The translations under genes and the position numbers were made by a program. DNA of 64,000 bases, taken from Alphaproteobacteria bacterium. Its GTDB lineage: Bacteria > Pseudomonadota > Alphaproteobacteria > UBA828. Positions 27,797 to 38,041 of the stretch are shown here, piece by piece (position 1 is the stretch's first letter; each line of letters opens with the position of its first letter). Under the pieces are notes generated by a model that made no database searches, was not told where the DNA came from, and worked only from the letters and a program-made list of their open reading frames with translations. The stretch is from assembly GCA_965220745.1 (NCBI GenBank), contig CBDCQT010000010.1:512001-576000 (forward strand), in the 5' to 3' direction.

Positions 27797-29359
27797 TCAA
27801 GACGTGAGCGTCGCTTTGACCTTGTCCACCGGCCCGTTGGGCAGAAAGTAGATCCCCTCGATAGCCGGATGGTGGGCGTGGATCAACACCGAGGTGAAGA
27901 GCCCGAAGCTCGGCAGATGGTCGGCCAGCGCCGGCATCAGCTCGTTCTGGATCGACGCGCGCCGCGCGTCCACGTCGGTGATCGTCTGCTGCTTCTCGAT
28001 CGCCGCATCCACGGTGTCGCTGCCGCAGTTGGTCAGGATCAGGCCGTCCGAATGCCACATGGGCCTGAGCACCAGGTTGGGCTCGGGCGATCCGGTCATC
28101 CAGCCGGTATCGGCAAGCTGAGGCGCGGTCTCGTCGCGGACGAACACGCGCTCGATCCAGGAGGCGACCTCCATCACCGTGAACTCTACCGGGAAGCCCT
28201 GCTCCTGCAGCAGCGCGGTGATGACCTCGCCGTACTCCTTGGTCTTCGGATAGAAGCCTTGCGAGGTCAGGTACTCGATCGGCGGCAGGCCGTCGCCGCC
28301 GGGGTAGCCGGCCTCGGCCAGAAGCTCCTGACAGCGCTCTGGGTTGTATTCCGGCGAGTTCGGGATGGTGTCGGTGTAGCCGAACTTCGCCGAGGAGAGC
28401 TGCCCCACCGTCGGGTGCCCGGCCGGCCCCATCAGCTCGAGGATGAGGTCGCGGTCGATGGCGTGGGCCGCCGCGTGGCGCAGGCGCACGTCGTCGAACG
28501 GCGGCTCGTAGCAGCGGAAATGGAGGTACTTGTTCTCGGTCGAGACCGTGCGCGAGGTCGTGACGTCCTCCTCCAGCAGGGTCTCGTACTGCTCGGGCTC
28601 GACCCGCTCGATGATGTCGAGCTCGCCACTTATCAGGCTCACGAGGCGCGTGCTGGCGTCGGGCACGAACTGGTAGACGACCTCCTCGATCTCGGGCGTG
28701 CCGAGAATGTAGTCGGGGTTGGCGTTGAGGATTGTCGTCGGCCCGTCACGGCTGATGAACTTGTACGAGCCCGAGCCGTTGGGGAACTCGTCGATGGCCT
28801 TGGTCTCGATATCGTCCTTGGACAGGATCGGCAGGAAGCCAGCGAGGAACCAGAACAGAGAGCCCGGATAGGAGCCGCCTTCGCCGCGCACCCGGCAGGT
28901 GTAGTCGTCGACCACCTGCACCTCGGCCTGGCCGGGGTACCAGGTGCCGGACGGCCGCTCGGGGTTGGACGCGTACTCGAAGGTCGCCTTCACGTCGTGC
29001 GCGGTGAAGGGCTGGCCGCGGTGGAACTTGATGTCCTTGCGCAGCGTGTATTCGAGCCAGCCGTCCTCGACGACGTTCTGGCTCGTCGCCATCTCGTACA
29101 CGATCTCGTCGGGCTGGGCCTGCGACATCGGCGTGCGGATGAGCTGGCCGAACACGTCGTAGTCGAAATAGATCTGAGCCAGGATGGTGTGGCTGCTGGG
29201 GTCCCAACTCGACGTGAAGGGCTCCGTCTGCCCCCACACGACGCTCTTCTTCCCTTGGCCGAGCGCCTTCTTGAAGAAGGGCGCCTGGCCGCCGAACGCG
29301 GCGATCGTGCCCGCTGCGGCGGTACCCTTCAGAAAATTGCGCCGTGTGGTCTTGGTCAT
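27797..29359 (-). CDS. Peptide ABC transporter substrate-binding protein (family 5, Tat)
   Basis: TTRRNFL Tat motif, 'YTLRKDIKFHRGQPFTAHDVKAT', 'PNGSGSYKF', 'PFDDVRLRHAAAHAIDR'. Confidence 0.93.
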   Translation of the reverse strand: MTKTTRRNFLKGTAAAGTIAAFGGQAPFFKKALGQGKKSVVWGQTEPFTSSWDPSSHTILAQIYFDYDVFGQLIRTPMSQAQPDEIVYEMATSQNVVEDGWLEYTLRKDIKFHRGQPFTAHDVKATFEYASNPERPSGTWYPGQAEVQVVDDYTCRVRGEGGSYPGSLFWFLAGFLPILSKDDIETKAIDEFPNGSGSYKFISRDGPTTILNANPDYILGTPEIEEVVYQFVPDASTRLVSLISGELDIIERVEPEQYETLLEEDVTTSRTVSTENKYLHFRCYEPPFDDVRLRHAAAHAIDRDLILELMGPAGHPTVGQLSSAKFGYTDTIPNSPEYNPERCQELLAEAGYPGGDGLPPIEYLTSQGFYPKTKEYGEVITALLQEQGFPVEFTVMEVASWIERVFVRDETAPQLADTGWMTGSPEPNLVLRPMWHSDGLILTNCGSDTVDAAIEKQQTITDVDARRASIQNELMPALADHLPSFGLFTSVLIHAHHPAIEGIYFLPNGPVDKVKATLTS

Positions 29360-29507
29360 CTGTATCTCCCCTCTGCGTCGTGCGGGTTCTTGTCGATAAG
29401 GGATGCTAATACAGCCTTGGCGGAAGTGTACAGCCCGACTATCGCCCTTGGTTGCCGGGCGCTTCCCGGCGGCGATAGGATGGCCCGGAGGCCGGCAGGA
29501 GACTGAA

Positions 29508-30563
29508 ATGGTGGTGGCGGAGGCACGTGCGAAGGCAGCGGTGACGCGGGACGATCTCGCCGCCCGTCTGGCCGTACACCCGCGCATCCGGCTCGCACAC
29601 CTGCCGACGCCGCTCGACCCCTGCCCGAGGCTCGCCGAGGCGATCGGCGCGCGCGCCCTCTACATCAAGCGGGACGACCTCACAGGATTGGCGTTCGGCG
29701 GCAACAAGACGCGCCACCTGGAGTTCACCTTCGCCGAGATCCTGAAATCGGGCGCGGACACGGTGGTGGCGGGCGCCTATACGCAGTCCAACTGGTGCCG
29801 GCAGATCACCGCGGCCGCGTGCAAGCACGGCCTCGCGGTCTCTCTGGTGCTGATCCACGGCGTCAAGGGGCCGAGGGTGCAGGGCAATCTGCTGCTCGAC
29901 CGCCTGATGGGCGCGGACGTGACCGTGGTCGACATCGACAGCATGGAGAAGATCCAGCCGTTGCTGGACGAGAAGGCCCGCGCGCTAGAGGCGGCCGGCC
30001 GAAAGCCCTTCGTGATCGCGCCCTTCGCCCTCGACCAGCAGGTGCTGGCGGCGCTCGGCTACGTCGGCACGGCCATCGAGCTCGACGCCCAGTTCGAGGA
30101 GGCCGCGATCGACCCCACCCAGGTCTTCATCTGCGGCGCCAACAACACCCCGGCGGGCCTCGTCACGGGCCTGCGCGCGCTGGGCCGCCGGGCCCGCGTA
30201 GCGGCGATCAGCCCCATCCGCTGGGAAGAGCCGAGGGAACTCGACATCGCGCGGGTCGCCACGGCGACGGCGCGCGCACTCGATCTCAACCTCGCGATCG
30301 ACCCCGCCGACTTCGTCACCGACGAAGACCATATCGGCGAGGACTACGGCGTGCTCTCGCCGGAGGCGCGCGCGGCCATCGGGCTGGTGGCCGAGACCGA
30401 GGGCATCTTCCTCGACCCCGTCTATTCCGGCAAAGCCATGGCCGGGCTGATCGATCATGTGAAGCGCGGCGCGGTCGGCGCGGACGAGACGGTGGTCTTC
30501 GTCCACACCGGCGGCATGCCGGCACTCTTCGCCTACGCCGAGGATCTGATCGATGACGGCTAA
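29508..30563 (+). CDS. PLP enzyme, D-cysteine desulfhydrase/ACC deaminase family
   Basis: 'KRDDLTGLAFGGNKTR', 'QSNW', 'EGIFLDPVYSGKA', 'FVHTGG'. Confidence 0.9.
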   Translation: MVVAEARAKAAVTRDDLAARLAVHPRIRLAHLPTPLDPCPRLAEAIGARALYIKRDDLTGLAFGGNKTRHLEFTFAEILKSGADTVVAGAYTQSNWCRQITAAACKHGLAVSLVLIHGVKGPRVQGNLLLDRLMGADVTVVDIDSMEKIQPLLDEKARALEAAGRKPFVIAPFALDQQVLAALGYVGTAIELDAQFEEAAIDPTQVFICGANNTPAGLVTGLRALGRRARVAAISPIRWEEPRELDIARVATATARALDLNLAIDPADFVTDEDHIGEDYGVLSPEARAAIGLVAETEGIFLDPVYSGKAMAGLIDHVKRGAVGADETVVFVHTGGMPALFAYAEDLIDDG

Positions 30564-32172
30564 GGCAAGGCCGCTGGAGCGCGCGCCCGCGATTGCCGAT
30601 GACGAGGCTCTGCGACAGCGGATCGCGGCGCTGGAGCAGGCGCTTGCCGAGGCCCGGCGCGACCGCGACGCAGGTCGCACGTCGCGGGGCCGGTTCCGCT
30701 CCCTCTTCGAGATGAGCCGGGACGGGATCGTGTTCGTCGATCTCGAAGGCCACATCGAGGAGATGAACCAGGCCTATCTCGATCTCGTCGGCTACGACCG
30801 GGATGAGATCTCCACGCACACCTATCAGGACCTCACGCCCGAGAAGTGGCGCGCCGGCGAAGCGGAGATCATCGAGACGCAGGTGATGCGGCGCGGCTTC
30901 TCGGACGAGTACGAGAAGGAGTACGTGCGCAAGGACGGCTCGATTGCGCCGATCAGCCTGCGCACCATCCTGGTACGTGACCTGGACGGCCGGCCGGTCC
31001 GCTTCATGGGCATCGTCCGCGACATCACGGAGCTGAAGGAGAAGGAGGAGGCACTCAGGGCGTCCGAAAAGCGCTACCGCAGCCTCTTCGACCTGAGCCA
31101 CGACGGCGTGGTCTTCGTCGGCCTCGACGGCCCCGTCGAAGAGGCGAACGACGCCTACCTCGATATGCTGGGCTATGAGCTCGACGAACTCATCGGCGTG
31201 ACCTATCAACAGCTCACACCGACCCGCTGGGCGGCGATGGAGGCCGAGATCGTCGACAAGCAGCTCATGTCGCGCGGCTACACCGACGAATACGAGAAGG
31301 AGTACATCCGCAAGAACGGGTCGGTCTTCCCCATCGCCGTCCGCTCTATCCTGGTGCGCGACGAGGCGGGCACGCCGGTGCGGATCATGGGGATCGTGCG
31401 CGACATCACCGAGCAGAAGCAGGCCAAGGAAGCGCTGGAGCGCCACGCGCGCGACCTCGCCCGCTCCAACGAGGAGCTTGAGCAGTTCGCCTACGTCGCC
31501 TCCCACGACCTGCAAGAGCCGTTGCGCAAGATCAGGGCCTTCGGCGCCCTGCTCGCGGAGGAGAAGCGGGAGAGCGTGGACGAGGAAGGGCGCCAATACA
31601 TCGACTTCATGACCGACGCGGCGGCCCGGATGCAGACTCTGGTCAGCGACATTCTGGCTCTCTCCCGGGTCACCACGGCGGCGCAGCCCTTCGAGGACTT
31701 GCTTCTGAACGACGTGTTCGACACCGTGCTATCGGACCTTTCCGTGTCCATCGAGGAGGCAGACGGCCAAGTGGACGTTGCCGAGGCGCCGACGATCGAG
31801 GCGGACCGCACCCAGATGGATCAACTCTTCCGCAACCTCATCGGCAATGCGCTCAAGTTCCGCAAGCCGGGCGTCGCGCCGCGAGTCACGGTGCGGATGG
31901 CGGCCGAGGCGGAGCCTCTCGCCGCGACTCCAGGGCCCGCGCACACCGTCGTCGTGTCGGACAACGGCATCGGCTTCGAACCGTCGCAGGGCAGCAAGCT
32001 GTTCCAGCCCTTCAAGCGGTTGCACGCGCGCCACCAGTACGAGGGCGCCGGTATCGGTCTTGCGATTTGCGAAAAGATCGTCCTGCGCCATCATGGCCAG
32101 ATCACCGCAACCGGCACGCCGGGCGAGGGCGCCACCTTCACGGTGACTCTGCCCCGCCGGCAGCCCCGGTAA
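30553..32172 (+). CDS. Soluble PAS-PAS histidine kinase
   Basis: Two near-duplicate PAS/PAC repeats; H-box 'FAYVASHDLQEPLR', N-box 'NLIGNALKF', G boxes 'DNGIG' and 'GAGIGL'. Confidence 0.95.
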   Translation: MTAKARPLERAPAIADDEALRQRIAALEQALAEARRDRDAGRTSRGRFRSLFEMSRDGIVFVDLEGHIEEMNQAYLDLVGYDRDEISTHTYQDLTPEKWRAGEAEIIETQVMRRGFSDEYEKEYVRKDGSIAPISLRTILVRDLDGRPVRFMGIVRDITELKEKEEALRASEKRYRSLFDLSHDGVVFVGLDGPVEEANDAYLDMLGYELDELIGVTYQQLTPTRWAAMEAEIVDKQLMSRGYTDEYEKEYIRKNGSVFPIAVRSILVRDEAGTPVRIMGIVRDITEQKQAKEALERHARDLARSNEELEQFAYVASHDLQEPLRKIRAFGALLAEEKRESVDEEGRQYIDFMTDAAARMQTLVSDILALSRVTTAAQPFEDLLLNDVFDTVLSDLSVSIEEADGQVDVAEAPTIEADRTQMDQLFRNLIGNALKFRKPGVAPRVTVRMAAEAEPLAATPGPAHTVVVSDNGIGFEPSQGSKLFQPFKRLHARHQYEGAGIGLAICEKIVLRHHGQITATGTPGEGATFTVTLPRRQPR

Positions 32173-32179
32173 GCGCACG

Positions 32180-33103
32180 ATGACCACCGCGTCGAATACC
32201 AAACCGGTCCTGATCCTGATGGCGGATGACGACCCCGAGGATTGCCTGCTGACCAAGAAGACGCTGCAGAAGGCACGGCTCGGCAACGAGTTGCGCTTCG
32301 TGCAGGACGGCCAGGAGCTGCTGGACTACCTCGGGCGGAGCGGCAAGTTCTCCGATCCCGGCTCCTCGCCCCGCCCCGACCTGATCCTGCTCGACCTCAA
32401 CATGCCCAACATGGCGGGGCTCGACTCGCTCTGGGAGATCAACCTCAGGCCGGCGCTGAGAAAGATACCGATCGTCATCCTCACGGCCTCCGAGGCCAGC
32501 CTGGACATCTCCGACAGCTACAATCTCGGCGCTTACGCCTATCTGGTGAAGCCGGTGACCTTCGCCAAGCTGCACGACGCCGTGCTGCGGCTGAAAAGCT
32601 GCAGCTATGAGCTCGCGGTTCCGTCCGGCTCTGGCGACGCGGTGCGGCCTGCAGTCATCGTCATGGCGGACGACGACCCGGAGGATTGCCTGGAGGCGAC
32701 GAAGACGCTGCAGGCTGCGGGCCTGGGCAACGCGCTCACTTACGTGACCAACGGCGCCGCGCTCTTGGACCATTTACAGGGGCGGCATGTCCACGGCGAC
32801 GGCACGCCCGCGCCAAGGCCGGATCTCGTCATTCTCGACCCCGGCCTGCAGCAGACGGAAGGGCGCCATGCGCTCGCCGAGATCGCCGCCACGCCGGCGC
32901 TCCGCGATCTGCCGGTGATCCTGCTGGGCGGATCCAGGGACGACCGCGCCGACCTGCCTTGGGCGGGGCCGGCGGAGCCGGTCTTCATCGAGACGCCGAT
33001 CGATTTCATCGCCTTCGCCGGCGCGGTCGCGGCCTTTCCGTCGCTCGCGCTGCGACTCGTGACCAAAGCCGAGGGGCCGGCCGGCACAGCCGGCGCCGCG
33101 TAG
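32180..33103 (+). CDS. Tandem double-receiver response regulator
   Basis: Two 'MADDDPEDC...PRPDL(I/V)(L/I)LD' repeats; no output domain. Confidence 0.88.
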   Translation: MTTASNTKPVLILMADDDPEDCLLTKKTLQKARLGNELRFVQDGQELLDYLGRSGKFSDPGSSPRPDLILLDLNMPNMAGLDSLWEINLRPALRKIPIVILTASEASLDISDSYNLGAYAYLVKPVTFAKLHDAVLRLKSCSYELAVPSGSGDAVRPAVIVMADDDPEDCLEATKTLQAAGLGNALTYVTNGAALLDHLQGRHVHGDGTPAPRPDLVILDPGLQQTEGRHALAEIAATPALRDLPVILLGGSRDDRADLPWAGPAEPVFIETPIDFIAFAGAVAAFPSLALRLVTKAEGPAGTAGAA

Positions 33104-33119
33104 ACGGCGGGAGGGGAGG

Positions 33120-33572
33120 ATGGTGAGAGCCGACACAAGCGAGCGCACCGTCCTCCTCATGGCGGACGACGACCCCGCCGATTGCCTTCTTACCGAGAAG
33201 GCGCTGCGCCGGGCGGACATTACCTGCCCGCTCTACGTCGTCCACGACGGCGCCGAGCTTCTGGACTACCTCAAGCGCCAGGGCGACTACGCCGACCCGG
33301 AAGCCGCACCGAGGCCGAGCTTGATCCTGCTCGACCTCAACATGCCAAAGGTCAACGGCACCGAGGTGCTGGAGCAACTGCGCGACGAGCCGGAGCTCTG
33401 CCGCATCCCCGTGGTGGTGCTCACGACCTCCGACGAGGAGCGGGACATCGCGGCGAGCTACGCGCTCGGCGCCAACGCCTACATGGTCAAGCCCTCGGCC
33501 TTCGATGACATGGTCTCGGTGGCCGAGGTCGTGAAGGCCCACTGGCTGGAGACGGTGCGCCTACCGCCCTGA
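33120..33572 (+). CDS. Single-domain response regulator (Rcp1-like)
   Basis: 'ADDD', 'LILLDLNMP', 'IPVVVLTTS', 'GANAYMVKP'. Confidence 0.92.
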   Translation: MVRADTSERTVLLMADDDPADCLLTEKALRRADITCPLYVVHDGAELLDYLKRQGDYADPEAAPRPSLILLDLNMPKVNGTEVLEQLRDEPELCRIPVVVLTTSDEERDIAASYALGANAYMVKPSAFDDMVSVAEVVKAHWLETVRLPP

Positions 33573-33581
33573 GCGCCCCTG

Positions 33582-34478
33582 TCACGCCCCGCCAAGTGCG
33601 GCCGACGCGCCGGCCGTCTCGCCCTCGTGAACCAGATGCGTCGCCTGTACCCACCAACCGGGATGATCGCGGGCGATGGCGCGGGCCGCCTCCGCTGTTG
33701 CCGCCTCATCCGCGAACAGGCCGAAGCAGGTGCCCCCCGAACCGGACATGCGGGCGAGCAGGCAGCCAGGCGCCGCACCGAGCCGGGCCAGAACATGTCC
33801 GACCTCTGGCGTGTGAGCGAGTGCGGGCCGCTCAAGGTCGTTGCGGCGGGCGCGGAGAAGCTGAGCCAGCGCCGGCGCGTCGGTTGGGCTCTCTTGAAAG
33901 CGCTGAGCGACCGAGAACGGCCCCTGCCTTGCGGCGAAGATCGCCCTGGTGGGCACCGGAACGCCGGGATTGACCAGGAGCACCGCGCAGGGCGGCAGCG
34001 GCGGCGGCGCGCTCAACACCTCGCCGATGCCGGCCATGTAGGCAGCGCGCGCGTGTAGGCAGACCGGCAAATCGGCGCCAAGGCCGAGCGCGACATCCTG
34101 AAGATCGCTCGCGTGCGCGGCACCGAGACCCCACAGCCGGGCGAGGCCGCGCAGCACCGCGGCCGCGTCCGCCGAGCCGCCGCCGAGGCCCGCCGCGACA
34201 GGAATGTGCTTCTGCAACGCAATCCGCACGGCGGCGGGACGGCCGAGCCTCTCCCCCAGCGCCACCGCCGCCCGCGTCGCCAGGTTTTCGCCCGTGCCCG
34301 AGGCTTCGGCGAACGGGCCGCGCACGGTAAGGGAGAGGGCATCGGCCGACGCAATCTCCAGCGTATCGGCGAGCGCGGTGAAGGTGACGAGGCTGTCCAG
34401 CTCGTGATAGCCGTCGGCGCGCCGGCCGGTCACGTGGAGGTAGAGGTTGAGCTTGGCCGGCGCCTCCACCCGGATCAC
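33582..34478 (-). CDS. ispE: 4-diphosphocytidyl-2-C-methyl-D-erythritol kinase
   Basis: 'APAKLNLYLHVTGRRADGYHEL', 'KHIPVAAGLGGGSADAA', 'RMSGSG'. Confidence 0.95.
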   Translation of the reverse strand: MIRVEAPAKLNLYLHVTGRRADGYHELDSLVTFTALADTLEIASADALSLTVRGPFAEASGTGENLATRAAVALGERLGRPAAVRIALQKHIPVAAGLGGGSADAAAVLRGLARLWGLGAAHASDLQDVALGLGADLPVCLHARAAYMAGIGEVLSAPPPLPPCAVLLVNPGVPVPTRAIFAARQGPFSVAQRFQESPTDAPALAQLLRARRNDLERPALAHTPEVGHVLARLGAAPGCLLARMSGSGGTCFGLFADEAATAEAARAIARDHPGWWVQATHLVHEGETAGASAALGGA

Positions 34479-34488
34479 CGCCGGCTCT

Positions 34489-36246
34489 CTAATGGGCGTC
34501 GTCCGCCTCCGCGCCGGCAGAGAGGCCACCCGCGATCTTGCGCGTGACTTGGGCGGCCAGGTCGTCCTCCGGCTCGAGGGTGAGCACGCGGCGCCACTGG
34601 AATCGGGCCTCGTGCAGTCGGCCCACCTGCCAATAGGCGTCGCCCAGGTGATCGTTAATGATCGGATCGCCCGCCACCAGCTCCACCGCCCGCTCAAGCT
34701 GGTGGACCGCCTCCTCGAAGTCGCCCAGCCTGTAGGCCACCCAACCGAGGCTGTCGACGATGTAGCCGTCATCCGGCCGGAGCTCGACGGCCTTCTCGAT
34801 CATCGACTTGGCTTCGTCGAGATTGTGGAGCTGCTCCACCCAGGAATAGCCGAGATAGTTGAGGACCAGCGGCTGATCGGGCTCCAGTTCGAGCGCGCGC
34901 TTGAAGTCGGCCTCAGCCTTGGGCCACTCGCCCAGGCGCTCGAACGCGATGCCGCGCACGTAGAACAGGCGCCAGTGGCGATATTCGACCGTCTCGATCC
35001 GCCCGACCGCGATGTCGTAGGCTGCGGCGGCCTCCGCGTATTGCTCATCCCTCCTGAACACGTCGCCGAGGACGGAGACGGCGTCGGTGCGCTCGGGCTG
35101 CTCATCCGCCATGCGCCTCAGCGTCGCGACCGCCTCATCCAGACGGTCGAGATCCGCGAGACCGCTCGCAGCGCGGAGTTGTGCCGCCCAGGAGAAGTCC
35201 GACCCGTCCGGAATGGACCGGTAAGCATCCACCGCGTCCTCCAGCCGCTCCGCATCTTCGAGAATCTCGCCGATCAGGAAACGGGCCGAGTCCAGGTCGT
35301 CGCGGAGGAAGAGCGCAAGGCGCGCGTAAATCAGCGCGGCTTCGCCGTTGTCCCGCTGCGGCACCGAGGCCGCCGCGCCCAGCAGAGCCTCCGCCAGCCC
35401 CTCGCGCGCATCCGAGACGAGGGGCGGTACCGCCTCGCCGGCTTCGACCGCCGCCAACACGCGTTCGACCCAGATGATGCCGGGGTTCTGGTCACGGTAC
35501 TCTTCGTAGATCGCACGGGCCTCGACGACGCGTCCTGCCCGCATCAGCACGCTGCCGAGCGCCACCACCGGGCGGTGCGAGCCGCTGGAGGTCGCGATCT
35601 CTCTCCGCAGCAGTGCCTCGGCCTCCGCCTCGCGCCCGGCGAGATCGTTTATCAGGCCAGCATGGAGGTTGAAGAAGGACTTGTAGGAATCGCGATCTCC
35701 AAGCGGTGCCAACGCCGCCAGCGACGCTGCGTCCGAGCCGGCTCCGGTGTGCATCCACGCCTCGGCGAGCGGCACCAGCAGGGCATAGACACTCTTCCGC
35801 TCAATCTCGCCGATTCGTTCCAGCGCCTCTTCGTAGTCGCCGTCGCGCGCATCCCGCAGCGCGAGAACGAATTGCGCCAGACGTCCGCTTGCCTCGACAT
35901 CGAGGAGGTGCTCGGCCAACGCGGCCGCGTCCTCGATCCGACCGTCGGCGACCAGCAGGGACACGGAGCGGCGCAGGAGAGAGGGATTGTCCGGATCCTC
36001 GACCAGCACGCGCTGGAGGTGCTGGGCCGCCGCAGCATAGTCACCGCGGGCATGAGCGTAGCGGCCGACAAGATAGTTGCCGAGCGGCGAGGCCTCCTCC
36101 CGGTGAGCGCTGGCCGCGGGCTCCGGCGGCATGGGAGGAGAAGGCGGATCGGCCGCCGTGAGACCGGTGATGCTTGACCCGCCGATCAGACCGGCGGCCA
36201 AGGCCCCACTCAACAAGGCGATTGCGCCGCGGCACCGCTTGCGCAG
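34489..36246 (-). CDS. Tetratricopeptide repeat protein (start uncertain)
   Basis: Multiple TPRs, 'VLNYLGYSW', 'YIVDSLGWV', 'INDHLGDAYW'; conserved position upstream of ispE. Confidence 0.88.
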   Translation of the reverse strand: MRKRCRGAIALLSGALAAGLIGGSSITGLTAADPPSPPMPPEPAASAHREEASPLGNYLVGRYAHARGDYAAAAQHLQRVLVEDPDNPSLLRRSVSLLVADGRIEDAAALAEHLLDVEASGRLAQFVLALRDARDGDYEEALERIGEIERKSVYALLVPLAEAWMHTGAGSDAASLAALAPLGDRDSYKSFFNLHAGLINDLAGREAEAEALLRREIATSSGSHRPVVALGSVLMRAGRVVEARAIYEEYRDQNPGIIWVERVLAAVEAGEAVPPLVSDAREGLAEALLGAAASVPQRDNGEAALIYARLALFLRDDLDSARFLIGEILEDAERLEDAVDAYRSIPDGSDFSWAAQLRAASGLADLDRLDEAVATLRRMADEQPERTDAVSVLGDVFRRDEQYAEAAAAYDIAVGRIETVEYRHWRLFYVRGIAFERLGEWPKAEADFKRALELEPDQPLVLNYLGYSWVEQLHNLDEAKSMIEKAVELRPDDGYIVDSLGWVAYRLGDFEEAVHQLERAVELVAGDPIINDHLGDAYWQVGRLHEARFQWRRVLTLEPEDDLAAQVTRKIAGGLSAGAEADDAH

Positions 36247-36280
36247 GTCTTCCCGACGCGGGGAAGCGCCCTCCCCTGCC

Positions 36281-37921
36281 CTACATGTTGGCATAATTGG
36301 GGCCGCCCCCGCCCTCGGGCACCACCCATACGATGTTCTGCGTGGGGTCCTTGATGTCGCAGGTCTTGCAGTGCACGCAGTTCTGCGCGTTGATCTGCAG
36401 GCGCGGTGGGCCGGCGGCGTCCTCCACGATCTCGTAGACACCGGCCGGGCAATAGCGCTGCTCCGGCGCGTCGTAGAGCGCGAGATTCACCCCTATCGGC
36501 ACACCGTCGTCCTTGAGCGTCAGATGCGCGGGCTGGTCCTCCTCGTGATTGGTGTTGGAGAGGTAGACCGAGCTCGGCTTGTCGAAGGAGACGACGCCGT
36601 CCGGCTTCGGATAGGCGATCTTGGGCGCATCGGCGGCCCTCTTCAGGCTCTTGTGGTCTTGGCCGTGGCGGAGCGTCCAGGGCAGCACGCCGCCGGTCCA
36701 AAGCTCCATGAAGCTGATGACGGTGCCGGCGGCGAGCCCCCAGCGGAACGCCGGGCGACAGTTCCTGACCTGCCTGAGCTCCTTCATCACCCATGAGCGG
36801 CGTAACGCTGCCGGATAGGCGCCGAGCGGCTTGGTGCCGTCGTCGGTCTCGCCCAGCGCAGCGAATGCGGCTTCCGCCGCCAGCGCGCCGCTCTTCATCG
36901 CGTTGTGGCTGCCCTTGATCTTGGGCACGTTGAGGAAGCCCGCGGCACAGCCGATCAACGCACCGCCGGGAAAGACGGTTTCGGGAATCGACTGGTATCC
37001 GCCCTCGTTGATCGCGCGCGCGCCGTAGGCCAGCCGCTGGCCTCCTTCCAGCACGGGGCGGATCAGCGCGTGGGTCTTGAAGCGCTGGAACTCGTCGAAG
37101 GGCGAGAGGTGCGGATTCTCGTAATCGAGTGCCACGACGAAGCCGATCGAGACCAGGTTCTCGTCGAAGTGATAGAGGAAGGAGCCGCCGTAGGTGCGGC
37201 TGTCCAGCGGCCAGCCGAAGCTGTGCTGGACCAGGCCCGGCCGGTGCTTGCCGGGCTCGATCTCCCAGACCTCCTTGAGGCCGATGCCGTAGGTTTGCGG
37301 GTCCGAGCGCTTCCGCAAATCGAACCGCTCGACCACCTGCTTGGTCAGTGAGCCGCGCGCACCCTCGGCGAACAGCGTGTATTTCGCGTGCAGCTCGACG
37401 CCGGGCTCGTAGCTCGCCTTCTGGCTGCCGTCCTTAGCGATGCCCATGTCGCCAGTGGCGACGCCCTTGACTCGGCTGTCCTCGTGATAGAGCACCTCGG
37501 CGGCGGCGAAGCCGGGGTAAACCTCGACGCCGAGCTCCTCCGCCTGCTGGCCGAGCCAGCGGCAGAGATTGCCGAGGCTGATGATGTAGTTGCCGTGGTT
37601 GCGCATTTGCGGGGGCAGCAGCGCGCCCGGCATCCTGATGCCGCCCTTCCTGGTGAGGTAGCGGAACTCGTCCGCGCGCGCCAGCGTGTCGAGCGGCGCG
37701 CCCTTCTCCTTCCAGTCCGGGATCAGCTCGTCCAGCGCGCGCGGCTCGAAGACGGCGCCGGAGAGGATGTGGGCGCCCACCTCGGAGCCCTTCTCGAGCA
37801 CGGTCACGCTGATCTCGCGGCCGGTCTCCTCGGCAAGCTGGCGCAGGCGTATCGCAGCGGCAAGCCCAGCGGGACCGGCCCCCACGATCACAACGTCGAA
37901 CTCCATCGATTCCCGGCTCAT
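36281..37921 (-). CDS. Electron transfer flavoprotein-ubiquinone oxidoreductase
   Basis: GAGPAGL, '[14 protein letters not shown]', 'RYCPAGVYE', '[13 protein letters not shown]'. Confidence 0.96.
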   Translation of the reverse strand: MSRESMEFDVVIVGAGPAGLAAAIRLRQLAEETGREISVTVLEKGSEVGAHILSGAVFEPRALDELIPDWKEKGAPLDTLARADEFRYLTRKGGIRMPGALLPPQMRNHGNYIISLGNLCRWLGQQAEELGVEVYPGFAAAEVLYHEDSRVKGVATGDMGIAKDGSQKASYEPGVELHAKYTLFAEGARGSLTKQVVERFDLRKRSDPQTYGIGLKEVWEIEPGKHRPGLVQHSFGWPLDSRTYGGSFLYHFDENLVSIGFVVALDYENPHLSPFDEFQRFKTHALIRPVLEGGQRLAYGARAINEGGYQSIPETVFPGGALIGCAAGFLNVPKIKGSHNAMKSGALAAEAAFAALGETDDGTKPLGAYPAALRRSWVMKELRQVRNCRPAFRWGLAAGTVISFMELWTGGVLPWTLRHGQDHKSLKRAADAPKIAYPKPDGVVSFDKPSSVYLSNTNHEEDQPAHLTLKDDGVPIGVNLALYDAPEQRYCPAGVYEIVEDAAGPPRLQINAQNCVHCKTCDIKDPTQNIVWVVPEGGGGPNYANM

Positions 37922-38041
37922 GCGCGCTCTCGATTGTCGCGGAAAAAACCCGCTGCGCAAGCGCCCGTCGCTGCGGAACACAGAATGGGCCTAGCGAACA
38001 CAAGTTGCGTCCCAACGCCGGGCGTGGAGCTTTGTGGCACG

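Noticed and set aside
34447-36177. 576-aa plus-strand ORF (also 27716-29506, 19399-21066, 57204-58874, 39247-40791, 62199-63806)
   Set aside because: Antisense or off-frame shadows of well-supported genes, expected at this GC content
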